Shown: positions 28,703 to 39,312, counted from the first letter of the stretch. The stretch: DNA of 64,000 nucleotides from Candidatus Multivoradales bacterium (GCA_965223325.1 CBDCWI010000002.1:4000001-4064000), one strand, 5' to 3'. The notes: generated from the sequence alone by a model not told the origin. A program made the numbers and translations.

Positions 28703-29332
28703 TTAGCCAGTCACGGCTTTCCTGAACGCCTCCTGCCGGATCGTTCCGTAGACCGCATCGAGTAGCGAATCAGAGAGCGACTCGAAGTAGTTCTCGTCTT
28801 TGTACGAGCGGCCGAAGCGCTTGGCCGATCCATTGGCGAGACCCTCCCAGACGACTTCGCCGCTCTTGTTCTTGACCTTCCACAGCATGCTGACCTCACC
28901 TCGGTAGGTACTCTCCTCTTCACAGAAGAATCGCCGCAGCTCGCCTTCGATGATGATGTCGCCGCCCGACTCCGTGGTTTGCAGCCCGAAGCTCTCGAAA
29001 ACGCCGACGATGTTCTCAGTGACGAAGGCGGGGACGTCATCGGGAGTGGTGACGAGCTTGGGCTCGTCGTCTTCGATGTTCTCGCCGATCTTCTCCGTTT
29101 CGTTGCGACCGTCGACCAGCGGCTCGATCTGGAACTTGATCGAGGTCATCCCGGTGAGGTTGATCGAGTCGAGGTCGGCGATGTCCGTCGTCGGGCTCCA
29201 GACCAGGGAGATGCCTTCGTTCCTGCTGTCGCCTTTCTTCTTTTTCTTTTTCTTCTGCGCGTCGGCCGGCGCGGCGCCGAGGAGGGCGATGGCTAGCGCT
29301 CCGATGGTGAAGAGTGAGAGGGACTTGTTCAT
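28703..29332 (-). CDS. Secreted hypothetical protein (YajG-like fold possible)
   Basis: AGGAG SD, signal peptide ending ADA, then a Lys6 run; VDGR..IG motif. Confidence 0.75.
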   Translation of the reverse strand: MNKSLSLFTIGALAIALLGAAPADAQKKKKKKKGDSRNEGISLVWSPTTDIADLDSINLTGMTSIKFQIEPLVDGRNETEKIGENIEDDEPKLVTTPDDVPAFVTENIVGVFESFGLQTTESGGDIIIEGELRRFFCEEESTYRGEVSMLWKVKNKSGEVVWEGLANGSAKRFGRSYKDENYFESLSDSLLDAVYGTIRQEAFRKAVTG

Positions 29333-29441
29333 CTTGCGTTTCTCCTGGCAGATGCGTGCGTCCCCAGGCTCCGAAGGAGCTGGGAGTTGAGACAGACTCT
29401 CGGGTCACGGCAATGAACCGCAAAATACCAGAGCCAGCCTC

Positions 29442-30719
29442 TCAGGCAGCGGCAGCTCGTTTCGCAATGCGTCCCACCGTCAAGCCTTGAACGAGGATCG
29501 AGAAGGCAACCACCACATAGGTCATGAATAAGATCAGTCCGCGCTCGTCGGAGGCCGGCAACGACAAGGCGAGCGCGATCGAAATGCCGCCGCGCAGGCC
29601 GCCCCAGGTGAGCAGGGTGACCGTGTAGGGCGGGTAACCAGTGCGCCGACCCAGAAGCGCAATCGGCGGACCGACGGCCAGGAGCCGTACCAGGAGCACA
29701 ACTGGCAGTGCGATGGCTGCGGCAATGACGTGTTCAATCTTGAAGCTCAGAACCAGCACCTCCATGCCGATCAACACGAAGAGCACGCCGTTGAGAACCT
29801 CATCGATCAATTCCCAGAACATGTCGAGGTGCTCGCGCGTGCGTTCAGACATGGCGAACAAGCGGCCACGGTTGCCGAGGAAGAGGCCAGCCACGACCAT
29901 CGCCAGGGGCCCCGAGGTGTGCAGCGCACCGGCCAGGGCATAGCCGCCCATGACGACCGCGAGGGTAATCAGGACTTCGACGCTGTAGTCGTCGATCGAC
30001 TTCAGCATCCAGTAGGCCAGAAGGCCGATCGCGAGCCCGAGCAGAATGCCGCCGCCAGCCTCGATCAAGAACATCTGCGCGACTTCGGCGGCGCCAAGCG
30101 ATGCGTCGCCGTGTCCTCCGTCGCTGTGCCCGGAGGATCCGTGTCCACCGGCGCCGAGCAGTGTGGCGAGGACCCCGAAGACCACGACCCCGACTCCGTC
30201 GTTGAACAGCGACTCGCCAACGATCAAGGTCTCGACCCGCTGCGGCGCCTTTGCCTGGCGCAGCAAGCCGAGCACTGCGATCGGATCGGTGGGCGAGATC
30301 AACGCACCGAAAACCAACGCCCACAGGAAAGGGATCGGGTAGCCGACCAGGCCGAGCAGCCACCAGACAACGATGCCGATTGTGAACGTCGAGAAGATCA
30401 CCCCGAGCAACGCCAGGATGGCGATCGCCGGCGCCTGCTCGCGCAGCGAACCGATATCGACGTGTAGCGCTCCTGCGAACAGCAGAAACGACAACATGCC
30501 CTGCATCAACAGGCGGTCGAAGTCCAGGCTCTCGACCAGGAGAACAACCGATTCGCGCACCGGCGCGGCGGCGGCCCCGGCGATGATGAGAAGGAGCGAA
30601 ACCACCAGAGCGCCAAGCATCACGCCGATCACCGTCGGTAGGTTGAGCAGCTTTTCGTTGGCGTAGCTGAACAGGGCCGTCAGCGTGATGATGATCGCGG
30701 CGGCGACAAAGAGATCCAT
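29442..30719 (-). CDS. CPA1 family Na+/H+ antiporter (NhaP-like)
   Basis: FLLFAGAL, ISPTDPIAV, GESLFNDG, WGGLRGGISIALAL. Confidence 0.93.
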   Translation of the reverse strand: MDLFVAAAIIITLTALFSYANEKLLNLPTVIGVMLGALVVSLLLIIAGAAAAPVRESVVLLVESLDFDRLLMQGMLSFLLFAGALHVDIGSLREQAPAIAILALLGVIFSTFTIGIVVWWLLGLVGYPIPFLWALVFGALISPTDPIAVLGLLRQAKAPQRVETLIVGESLFNDGVGVVVFGVLATLLGAGGHGSSGHSDGGHGDASLGAAEVAQMFLIEAGGGILLGLAIGLLAYWMLKSIDDYSVEVLITLAVVMGGYALAGALHTSGPLAMVVAGLFLGNRGRLFAMSERTREHLDMFWELIDEVLNGVLFVLIGMEVLVLSFKIEHVIAAAIALPVVLLVRLLAVGPPIALLGRRTGYPPYTVTLLTWGGLRGGISIALALSLPASDERGLILFMTYVVVAFSILVQGLTVGRIAKRAAAA

Positions 30720-30784
30720 AGGCCGGGAGCCTACAACGCCATGCCCCGAGACCCTCGACCGGAGATGGGTATCATCGCGGAGCG

Positions 30785-31342
30785 ATGACCTGGATCAAGA
30801 CCATTGCAACAGGCGACGCCGGGTTTGACCTCCGGCAGCTCTATGAAGCGGCCGCCGACCCGGAGACCGGTGAGCTCGACAACATCATGCGGGTTCACTC
30901 GCTTCATCCCGAGGGCCTGCGCACCCACCTCGAACTCTATGCCGCAGTCATGCGTGGCACGAAGTCGTTGCGCAAGGTCGAGCGTGAGCTGGTCGCCCTG
31001 GTGGTGAGTCAGGTCAACGAGTGCCACTACTGAATCACCCATCACCGGCGCGGTCTGCGGCGGTTGCTCAGAGACGAAGCGCTCCTCGAGGCGATAGAGA
31101 GCGACTGGCGGAGCTCCGGGCTCGATGCCCGTCGCCAGGCAATGCTGGCCTACGCCGAGAAGCTGACACTCACACCGGGCGCGATGGCAGAGAGCGATGT
31201 TCTAGCCCTTCGGTCTGCGGGTTTCAGCGATCGTGATGTGCTCGATATCGCGGAGGTCACCGCCTACTACGCCTACGTCAACCGTATCGCCGACGGGCTT
31301 GGCGTAGCGCTCGAAACCGCCAGCGAGAGTACCGACACCTAG
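30785..31342 (+). CDS. AhpD/CMD-like peroxidase-related protein, probable selenoprotein (Sec at TGA 31031-31033)
   Basis: Two ORF-track fragments are in the same frame: ERELVALVVSQVNE-C-H-Y-TGA-ITHHRRGLRRLL...AYAEKLTL...AYYAYVNRIADGLG. CxxU replaces the AhpD CxxC. Confidence 0.88.
31044..31064 (+). promoter_or_regulatory. Bacterial SECIS-like hairpin
   Basis: ACCG-G-CGC-GGTCT-GCG-G-CGGT starts at the 11th nt after the TGA. GGT CTG is at codons 7-8 after UGA, the same register as in the E. coli fdhF SECIS. Confidence 0.75.
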
Positions 31343-31408
31343 GCTAGTCTGGATCGACCGTGGTCGTGACCCTTGTGGGTCGGCCGCTCGTTTAGGAGCC
31401 GCTCCCCG

Positions 31409-33949
31409 TTGTCCATTCCGCTAGTTGAAGGCGTCCGCCTGACCCACCGTTTCAACCCCGAGCTTGGCGCTGGCTCTGTCGTGGGTGTCGACGGGCGAAG
31501 CGTCATCGTGCGCTTTCCCGACTCCGGAACCGAGCTGCGCCTTGCCGCGTCGACCGATGCGCTCATTCCGTTCGTGCTCGAGCCGGGCACTCGTGCCCGT
31601 CACGTGCCGACGGGCAGGTCGGTGATTGTTGAGGAGGTTCTAGCCGACGGGGAAGCGGTGCGGCTGCTCGACGGTCAAGTCGTCGAAGAGTCTGAACTGT
31701 GGCCTGAGCCACCGGCCGACGGTCTGGTGGAGCGGCTTGCTGCGGGCAAGATCAACAATCTCGAGCGCTTCGCCATGCGCCTCGATTCGTTTCGGTTGGC
31801 ACAGCTGCGTGAAGCCGACGGGCTGGGGTCGTTTCTCGGTGGGCGTATTCGCCTGTTCCCGCACCAGCTCTACGCTGCCGAACGTGCCACCCAGTCCGAT
31901 CCGGTGCGTTGGCTGCTGGCCGACGAGGTGGGGCTGGGAAAGACAGTCGAAGCTTGCCTGATTCTCAATCACCTTCTGCGCACCGGGCGTGCCAGTCGCA
32001 CGATGGTGATCGCTCCCGAAACTCTGACGGTGCAGTGGCTGGGCGAACTGTGGCGCAAGTACCACCAGGTCTTTGTGCTCCTCGACGACAAACGGTTGCT
32101 TGACGTCGAGAAGGAGTTCGGGGCCGACTTCAATCCCTTTGACACCTACGATGCGGTGGTCTTGAGCCACGAGCGCCTCGCCGAGAATCCGCGTCTCGCC
32201 GAGCAGGCGGTCGAAGCGGGAGTCGATCTGGTGATCGTCGACGAGGCCCATCACATTCGGCGCCCAGAGGGTCATCCGGGCAATCCGCTCTATCGCGCGG
32301 TCGAACCGCTGGCGGCGATGGGGCGCCATCTGCTTCTCTTGACGGCGACGCCGCTCGAAGACGACGCCTTTGGCTTCCTTCGACTCCTGCAACTTCTTCG
32401 TCCAGATGACTTGCCGGAAGACGAAGACTTCGAAGAGCACCTCGAGAAGGGCTACGAGCTGCCGCCGTGCACCAGCGCCACCCGGCGGAGCGACATCGGT
32501 GGTCTGCCGCCGCGGGTCGGTGTGCCGGTTGAAGTCGCTTCGGAAGCGACGCTCGCGACCCTGGAAATGCTGGCAAGCCTCCCCCACGACGGCCCCCTCG
32601 AGCGTCGTCGCAAAGTTGATCTCATCTGTCGGGCGCTGGCGTCGGCGGCGGCTCTCGAGGCGGCGCTCGATAAGAAGAAGGACGCCGGGCTGCTCGAGCA
32701 CCTGCAAACTGCTGCGGCATCCGACCCTCGCCTCGAATGGTTGGCTGGCCAGGTCAAGGATTGGCACGCGGCAGGTGAGAAGACGCTGGTGTTCGTTGCC
32801 CACAAAGAGACGCTCGACTGGCTCAAACGGGCGCTCGAGGCCCGCGGGCTACCGCGTGTCGGTGTGTTTCACGAAGGGCTCTCGGCCAAGCAGCGTGACA
32901 TCGGCGCGGCGCAGTTCAGGCTTCCTGATGGTCCGTCGATTCTGGTTTCGACCGAAAGTGGTGGCGAGGGCCGCAACTTCGAGTTCTGTGCGCGCCTGGT
33001 GCTGTTCGACCTGCCCTGGAACCCCATGGTGGTTGAGCAGCGCATCGGGCGGCTCGATCGAATCGGTCGTGTGCTGCCTGTCGAGGTGGTGTACTTCGAG
33101 CCGCCGTCTGGAGTCGGTCAGCTGACAGCGAATCTCTATCGGCGCCTCGGATTGTTCGAGAAACCACTCGGCGCCTTCGAGCGTGAACTCGGCAACGTCG
33201 AGGGCATGCTCGAAGACCTCGCCCTGGGGGTCGGCGGTCCGTCGGGCGATCCCTTTGCCGAGCTTCTCGGTGACGCACGCGAAGCCTACGGCCGTGTCGA
33301 AGAAGCGGCCTACCGCGAGCTTCATCGAGATCCGTATCGCGCTGACTATGCCCTCCCGATTCTGGCGCGGGTTCCCGAGGAGTTGCAGTCTCTGATGCGC
33401 ACGGTGATCGTCGGTGCGTGTGAAGAACTGGGCCTTCAAGTTGAGTCCCACCAGGGTGGCAAGCGCTACTCGATCGAGTTCGATGCGCGGGCCCGGATCG
33501 ACAGTCTGCCCGAGGTGGGGACCGAAGCGAGCTACCTGGGTTCCTTCGATCGGCTCGAGGCGGTCGAGGACGAGTCGATCGACTTCTTCGCCTCGGGGCA
33601 TCCCCTCGTTGAGGGCATTCTCAGCTTCCTCGACGACACCAAACAGGGGCGCACGTCGCTGTTTCACATCCCCGGCACAAGCGAAGACCACAAGGGCTTC
33701 GGACTGCTGGCGGTCTACAAAAACGAAAGCCAGATGGAGCTCGCGGCTATCGACAGCAGGGGGCAGATGCGGCCCGACTGGCTGGAGCTCGTCGAGGAAG
33801 TGCCGTTCCCCGGCAAGGTGGTGCCGAAGCCGAAGCTGTGGCTGGAGCAGAAAGCCTGGCCGTCGTTGGTGAGGCGCCTGGGGACCGCTCTCGATCAAGC
33901 CGGTCTACCGGGGCGGCTGGTGGCCGTTGCCGGGATGCGGGTGACCTGA
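31409..33949 (+). CDS. SNF2/RapA (HepA)-like helicase
   Basis: Likely TTG start at 31409 (AGGAG upstream). PHQL, LLADEVGLGKT, DEAHH, LLLTATP, GGEGRNFEF, EQRIGRLDRIG. Confidence 0.88.
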   Translation: MSIPLVEGVRLTHRFNPELGAGSVVGVDGRSVIVRFPDSGTELRLAASTDALIPFVLEPGTRARHVPTGRSVIVEEVLADGEAVRLLDGQVVEESELWPEPPADGLVERLAAGKINNLERFAMRLDSFRLAQLREADGLGSFLGGRIRLFPHQLYAAERATQSDPVRWLLADEVGLGKTVEACLILNHLLRTGRASRTMVIAPETLTVQWLGELWRKYHQVFVLLDDKRLLDVEKEFGADFNPFDTYDAVVLSHERLAENPRLAEQAVEAGVDLVIVDEAHHIRRPEGHPGNPLYRAVEPLAAMGRHLLLLTATPLEDDAFGFLRLLQLLRPDDLPEDEDFEEHLEKGYELPPCTSATRRSDIGGLPPRVGVPVEVASEATLATLEMLASLPHDGPLERRRKVDLICRALASAAALEAALDKKKDAGLLEHLQTAAASDPRLEWLAGQVKDWHAAGEKTLVFVAHKETLDWLKRALEARGLPRVGVFHEGLSAKQRDIGAAQFRLPDGPSILVSTESGGEGRNFEFCARLVLFDLPWNPMVVEQRIGRLDRIGRVLPVEVVYFEPPSGVGQLTANLYRRLGLFEKPLGAFERELGNVEGMLEDLALGVGGPSGDPFAELLGDAREAYGRVEEAAYRELHRDPYRADYALPILARVPEELQSLMRTVIVGACEELGLQVESHQGGKRYSIEFDARARIDSLPEVGTEASYLGSFDRLEAVEDESIDFFASGHPLVEGILSFLDDTKQGRTSLFHIPGTSEDHKGFGLLAVYKNESQMELAAIDSRGQMRPDWLELVEEVPFPGKVVPKPKLWLEQKAWPSLVRRLGTALDQAGLPGRLVAVAGMRVT

Positions 33950-33967
33950 GTCGGGGGTTCCTGGGGA

Positions 33968-35905
33968 CTAGGCGCCGACGGTCTCGGGCAGCTCAAGGAG
34001 CTCGGACTCGAGCTTTTCCCACTCCTCCATGCGCTCGGCGATCTGTTCGCCGAGGCGCTTCTGCTCCTGCTCGAGCTTGGTCACCTTCTTGCGATCGGTC
34101 TTGTCGAAGAAGGTCGGGTCGCAGAACTGCTCGTTGATCTCGGAGACCCTGGCCTCTGCCTGCTGGATCTCACGGGTCACCACGTCGAGCCGCTTCTGGA
34201 GCTTCTTGCGCTCCTTCTTCCTGGCGTTCTCTTCGCTCTGTGAGCGCGGTTCCTTCTGCCGAGCACGCTCGCGCTTCTTCTCGCGCGCCTTCTTGAGAGC
34301 GACTTCGGCGTCGAGGTGATCGTCGCCGAGCTTCTCGAGGTACTCCGCCCAGGTGCCCTGAAAGTCGGTCATTCCCTCGGGAGTGATCTCGACGATGCGG
34401 TTGGCGAGCTCGCCAACGAACCAGCGGTCATGCGAAACAAAGATCAGGGTCCCCTCGAATTTTTTGAGCGCTTCGACAAGGGCTTCGATGGCTTCGAGAT
34501 CGAGATGGTTGGTGGGCTCATCGAGCACCAGCACATTCGGCTGGCCAACGGCATGTCGGGCGAGGATCAGCCGTGCCGCTTCGCCGCCCGAGAGTGAACC
34601 GAGCCGTTTCTCGACGTCGTCGCCCGAGAAAAGCACCGCTCCGAGGTTGCCGCGCACGAAGCCGATCGGTTCGCCCGGGCAGAACTCCCACAACCAAGCT
34701 TCAACGGTCTGACGTTCGCTGCCGAGCTGCTCGTGGTGATCTTGAGCGAACCAGCCAGGGTGAGTCTCGTAGCCCCACTCAACTTCGCCGGCGTCCGCTT
34801 CGATGTGACCCATGGCGATCTTGAGGAGCGTCGACTTACCGATTCCGTTCGGGCCGATGATCGCGACGCGTTCCTTGCGGCCGATGCGCAGCGAGACATC
34901 TTCGAGCACCTGGTTGTCGTCGTAGGCCTTGGAAATACCCTTGAGTTCGAGCACCGTCTTGCCGCTGGGGCGACGTTGTTTGAGCTTGAAGACCGGGTAG
35001 CGACGCGAGCTTTGCGGGAGCTCTTCGATCTCGATCTTGTCGATCAGCTTCTGCTTCGACGATGCCTGGCGCGCCTTGGTGGCCTTGGCCTTGAAACGAT
35101 CGACGTAGGCCTTGTGGTGCGCGATCTCCTTCTCGCGTTTGGCGATCTCCTGCTCGCGGCGCTGGCGGTCGTAGGTCTTGGCGGCCATGAACTGCTGGTA
35201 GTTGCCCTTGTAGAGCGTCGCCGTTTCGTAGTCGAGATCGACGATGTAGGTCGCGACGTTGTCGAGGAAGCGGTGGTCGTGCGACACCACCAGGGTGGTA
35301 CCGGGGAACTCGATCAGGAACTTCTCGAGCCAGCGGATGGAGACGATGTCGAGATGGTTGGTGGGCTCATCCAGTAGCAAGATGTCGGGCTGCGCTGCGA
35401 GCACCTGAGCCAGGAGAACGCGCAACTTGAAACCGCCCGAGAGCACTGAAAGTGGTTCTTCGTGCTGCTCGGTGGCGATGCCGAGCCCCTCCAGGATTTC
35501 TCCGGCACGAGCCTCCATGGTGTAGCCGTCGTGGCGCAGGATGATGTCTTCGACAACCGCGTAACGCTCGGAGTCGAAATCCGTCTCAGCCCTGGCGAGG
35601 ATCTCTTCCTTTTCGACCATCGCCTGCCAGAGCTCGGCGTTGCCCATCATCACGACGTCGAGGATGCGTTCGTTTTCGTACTGGAAGTGGTCCTGCCGCA
35701 GAACGCCGACCGTGGCCTTCCTGGGCATCGCGATCTCGCCGCCGGAGGGGACCTCATCTCCCGCCATGATCCTGAGAAGAGTAGACTTACCCGATCCGTT
35801 GGCACCTACGATGCCGTAGCGTTCACCGGGATTGAACTGGATGGAGACCCCCTCGAAAAGGGTCTGATCTCCGTAGTTCTTGTCGAGTGCTGAGACGGCA
35901 ATCAT
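33968..35905 (-). CDS. ABC-F family ATPase (YbiT-like)
   Basis: Two ABC domains (GANGSGKST, LSGG, DEPTNHLD; GPNGIGKST, LSGGE, DEPTNHLD), no TM helices, C-terminal coiled coil. Confidence 0.93.
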   Translation of the reverse strand: MIAVSALDKNYGDQTLFEGVSIQFNPGERYGIVGANGSGKSTLLRIMAGDEVPSGGEIAMPRKATVGVLRQDHFQYENERILDVVMMGNAELWQAMVEKEEILARAETDFDSERYAVVEDIILRHDGYTMEARAGEILEGLGIATEQHEEPLSVLSGGFKLRVLLAQVLAAQPDILLLDEPTNHLDIVSIRWLEKFLIEFPGTTLVVSHDHRFLDNVATYIVDLDYETATLYKGNYQQFMAAKTYDRQRREQEIAKREKEIAHHKAYVDRFKAKATKARQASSKQKLIDKIEIEELPQSSRRYPVFKLKQRRPSGKTVLELKGISKAYDDNQVLEDVSLRIGRKERVAIIGPNGIGKSTLLKIAMGHIEADAGEVEWGYETHPGWFAQDHHEQLGSERQTVEAWLWEFCPGEPIGFVRGNLGAVLFSGDDVEKRLGSLSGGEAARLILARHAVGQPNVLVLDEPTNHLDLEAIEALVEALKKFEGTLIFVSHDRWFVGELANRIVEITPEGMTDFQGTWAEYLEKLGDDHLDAEVALKKAREKKRERARQKEPRSQSEENARKKERKKLQKRLDVVTREIQQAEARVSEINEQFCDPTFFDKTDRKKVTKLEQEQKRLGEQIAERMEEWEKLESELLELPETVGA

Positions 35906-35980
35906 GGGTCGCGGAGAATATCAGCGCCCCAGCCGACTTCGCATGCCGCCCGGGCCTTTCCGGGCACCAGAGACTCCTCC

Positions 35981-38473
35981 ATGCCGCTCATCATCCGCGT
36001 CTTCAAGGGCGGCTTGCCCGACCAGTACGACAGCGCTGCCGGCGACGGTGGTGCGCGCGGTCGTAGGGCGGGGGAAGAGACCCCGACGGGTTGGCGCGGC
36101 TTTCTGTGGCGGCATAAGAAGGCCATTGCTGCCGCTGGTGCAGCGTTTCTCGTGGCGATGGTCTGGTTGCTGTTGCCATTCTGGCGGGTGACCGCGCAGT
36201 TCGGCTCCAACCCAGCGGTGCAACCATCTCGTCTCTGGGAGCGTCCCGCGACTCTCGCGGAAGGCGCCCCGTTCTCGAGCGCTCGACTCAGTCGCTATCT
36301 CGACGACCGCGGTTATCAGCTGATCGAGCACCAGGAGCCGTTGCTTCCCGGTGAGTACCGGCGCCGGGAGGACGGGCGCACGACGCACTTCGCCCTCCGC
36401 CAGCGCCGCTTCCCAACGGTCGATGGATTTGCCGGTGGCAAGTACCTCGACGTTGCCATCCGCGGTAGCCGCGTACGTGAACTCGAGCGCAACGGGGAAG
36501 CTGCCGACGAGGTGCTCCTCGAACCGGCGCTCCTGGCGTCGTACTACGGCGAGACGCGGAGCGAACGCAGGCCGATCGTGCTCGACGATCTGCCGCAACA
36601 CGTCATCGATGCAGTCATTGCCGGCGAAGACAGTCGCTTCTGGAAGCACTCGGGCATTTCGCCGATCGGCATTTTGCGCGCCCTGATCGTCGACTTGCGT
36701 GAACAGAACATGCGCCAGGGCGGATCGACGTTGACCCAGCAGCTGGTCAAGAACATCTACCTGAACCACGAACGCACCGCCAGCCGCAAGGCGCGCGAGG
36801 CGATCCTAGCGGTGATGGTCGACCTGCGCTACGAGAAGGAAGAGATCCTCGAGGCTTACCTGAACGAGATCTATCTCGGTCGCTCGGGGCGAGTGAACCT
36901 GCATGGTTTTGGTGCCGCGTCCCTGGCCTACTTCGGCAAACCCGCCGAGCAGCTGACCCTGGTCGAAGCGGCGACGATCGCCGGGGTGATTCCGTCTCCT
37001 AACGGCTGGTCACCGCTGCGCAACCCCGAGCAGGCGCAGGCAGCGCGCGACCGGGTGCTGCGGCTGATGGCCGAGGGCGACATGATCGACCAGGCGGCTC
37101 TCGAGCACGCACTGTCGGTGCCGCTTCGGACGGCACCGCAGCCGCTCGGTGTCTTGCGCGCCCGTTATGCCGCCGATGCGGCGGCAGTCGAACTCGAACA
37201 GCGCTTCCAGCTCGCTGAGGTCGCCGACCGTGGTCTCCAGATTCTCAGCACCTTGTCGCTCGAGGATCAGCTTGCCGCTGAAGAAGCGGTGATCTGGGGC
37301 GTTTCGTCGCTCGAGGAGGGCTGGGAGAAGGGGCATGAAAGTGGTCATCGTCTTCAGGCCGCGCTCTTGTCTATCGACCCGCGTGATGGCTCGGTGCTCG
37401 CCTACGTCGGTGGCCGCAACTACGTCGAGAGTCAGTTCGACCGCGTCCGTTCGGCGCGCCGGCAAGCGGGCAGCGCCTTCAAGCCGTTGGTGTACGCAGC
37501 CGCCTTCGCCGAAGGGGTGGTGTCGCCGTCTTCGGTACTCGACGACTCCGAGCTCGAGGTCGTGCAGGCGGGGCGCGTGTGGCGCCCGCAGAACTTCGAC
37601 CGTGAGTTTCGCGGCAAGGTGACCGTGCGTCAGGCGGTGGAGAAGAGCTACAACGTGCCAACCGTCGATGTGGCGCTCAACACCGATCTGCGAAAGGTCG
37701 TCGCCTGGGCACGCGAGCTCGGCATCGAGAGTCCGCTCGAGCCGCTTCCGTCGATTGCACTCGGGGCGTTCGAGGTCACGCCCCGCGAGCTCCTGGCGGC
37801 CTATGCGACCTTTGCCAACTCCGGCATGCGGCCGTCGATCCACCTGGTCGAAGGCGTATTGAGTCACGATGGTCAGCCGCTCGAAGGTTCGGCGGTGGCG
37901 GCGCCGCGTCCGGCTCTTGACCCCGGAGTGTCTTACCTGGTGACCTCGGTTCTAGAAGGCGTGATGGATCGTGGTACTGGTGCCGGGGCACGTCGCGCCG
38001 GGCTCACCGATCCCGTCGCGGGCAAAACCGGCACCTCGAACGACGCGCGCGACAGTTGGTTCTTGGGCTACTCGAAGGAACGCGCCAGCGTCGTCTGGGT
38101 GGGCTACGACGAGGGCGACAAGACCAAGCTCGGAGGTTCGCGCGCGGCGCTGCCGATCTGGACGCGCTATACGGCTGCCCGGCGTCCGCCCGGCGGCTAC
38201 GCGCCGGTCGACCCTCCCGATGGCGTCGTTAGCGCGCGCGTCGATCCCACGACGGGTGAACTCGCCACGCCGAGATGTTTCCTGGCGGTCACCGATGTCT
38301 TTCTCGAGGATCGCGTGCCAGAGCGCTACTGCCGCGAGCACGGTGGCGAACGCTACGAGTGGCGCGAGCGCCGTCGCCCGTGGTGGAAGCGCATGTTCCG
38401 CGACGGCGACGGCCGGAGCTCGCGGGGCGATCGCCACTCGAGCACTCGCGGACGAAACGACAATGGCCGCTAG
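35981..38473 (+). CDS. mrcB: Class A penicillin-binding protein (PBP1B-like)
   Basis: TM anchor, UB2H-like region, EDSRF..H.G, QGGSTLTQQLVKN, RKAREA, SAFK, SYN, KTG. Confidence 0.85.
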   Translation: MPLIIRVFKGGLPDQYDSAAGDGGARGRRAGEETPTGWRGFLWRHKKAIAAAGAAFLVAMVWLLLPFWRVTAQFGSNPAVQPSRLWERPATLAEGAPFSSARLSRYLDDRGYQLIEHQEPLLPGEYRRREDGRTTHFALRQRRFPTVDGFAGGKYLDVAIRGSRVRELERNGEAADEVLLEPALLASYYGETRSERRPIVLDDLPQHVIDAVIAGEDSRFWKHSGISPIGILRALIVDLREQNMRQGGSTLTQQLVKNIYLNHERTASRKAREAILAVMVDLRYEKEEILEAYLNEIYLGRSGRVNLHGFGAASLAYFGKPAEQLTLVEAATIAGVIPSPNGWSPLRNPEQAQAARDRVLRLMAEGDMIDQAALEHALSVPLRTAPQPLGVLRARYAADAAAVELEQRFQLAEVADRGLQILSTLSLEDQLAAEEAVIWGVSSLEEGWEKGHESGHRLQAALLSIDPRDGSVLAYVGGRNYVESQFDRVRSARRQAGSAFKPLVYAAAFAEGVVSPSSVLDDSELEVVQAGRVWRPQNFDREFRGKVTVRQAVEKSYNVPTVDVALNTDLRKVVAWARELGIESPLEPLPSIALGAFEVTPRELLAAYATFANSGMRPSIHLVEGVLSHDGQPLEGSAVAAPRPALDPGVSYLVTSVLEGVMDRGTGAGARRAGLTDPVAGKTGTSNDARDSWFLGYSKERASVVWVGYDEGDKTKLGGSRAALPIWTRYTAARRPPGGYAPVDPPDGVVSARVDPTTGELATPRCFLAVTDVFLEDRVPERYCREHGGERYEWRERRRPWWKRMFRDGDGRSSRGDRHSSTRGRNDNGR

Positions 38474-39245
38474 CTCGCGGCCCCGGACCGTGGTCGGGTT
38501 CGAGGCAATCGAACTCGCGGTTCCCGATGTCGAAACCGCGGCATCGTCGATGGAGACGATCCTGGGAGTGGCATCGGAAGTAGCGCCGGGAGGATCGACC
38601 CGAGCGCGATCGTTCGCGCTTCAGAACGTGCGGCTCGACCTTCGGGAAGTCGATTCGCCAGGTGACGGCGAAGGTCGTATCGACCGGTTCACTCTGAGGA
38701 CCGAGAGCGGGAGACTGGAGATCGGTCGGCGCTCTCTCGACGCACGGGGCCTTTCTGAGGTCGACGTGCTTCCCGCTCTGCCTCCTGCGAAAGAGGCGAC
38801 GGCACATCCTGAGGAGCCGATAGACCCTGCGGCCGTGCATGCGCTCGATCATCTGGTGATTCGCTCACAGGACGTCGATGCAACCCGCGCCTTCTACGGC
38901 TCCGTGCTCGGCCTGCGGGTGCTCTTCGATCGCGAGTTTCCCGACTTCGGGGCGCGGCTGTGCATGTGTCGCGTCGGCGATGCGGTGCTCGAGATCGCCG
39001 GCAGTTTGGGGGAGTCCGTCATCGCGGGGAAGAAGAAGGACTCCGAGAGCGCGGGGCCGCGTGACCAGCTGTGGGGGATCACCTGGCGCGTCGGTGATGC
39101 CGACGCGGCCTGGGAGCGCCTCACGGCGCTGGGTGTTTCGCTCTCGAGCGTACGCAAAGGGCGTCGCCCGGGAACTCGCGTCTTCACGGTGCGCGACCAG
39201 ACCTGCGGAGTGCCGACCCTCGTCATCGAGCCGCCCGGGAGCTGA
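38463..39245 (+). CDS. VOC/glyoxalase family protein
   Basis: Start ATG 38463. LDHLVIRSQDVDATRAFYGSVLG, VLEI, GITWRVGD. Confidence 0.8.
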   Translation: MAASSRPRTVVGFEAIELAVPDVETAASSMETILGVASEVAPGGSTRARSFALQNVRLDLREVDSPGDGEGRIDRFTLRTESGRLEIGRRSLDARGLSEVDVLPALPPAKEATAHPEEPIDPAAVHALDHLVIRSQDVDATRAFYGSVLGLRVLFDREFPDFGARLCMCRVGDAVLEIAGSLGESVIAGKKKDSESAGPRDQLWGITWRVGDADAAWERLTALGVSLSSVRKGRRPGTRVFTVRDQTCGVPTLVIEPPGS

Positions 39246-39312
39246 AGAGTCGACATCGGCAGCCGTCTGGACGTTCGCAGTACCATCGCGATCCCCTCCA
39301 CGCCCCTGCTCG

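Noticed and set aside
29235-29255. T-rich tract encoding Lys6 as a phase-variable repeat or terminator
   Set aside because: It uses mixed AAG/AAA codons in frame right after a signal peptide and is best explained as protein-coding.
30785-31342. Two separate small genes or a nonsense pseudogene
   Set aside because: The TGA aligns with the catalytic Cys and is followed by a SECIS-like hairpin, so Sec read-through is the better explanation.
37971-39312. Long overlapping upstream extensions of the VOC and UvrA ORFs
   Set aside because: They are Arg/Ala/Ser-rich out-of-frame overlaps typical of high-GC DNA. Better starts exist at 38463 and 39313.
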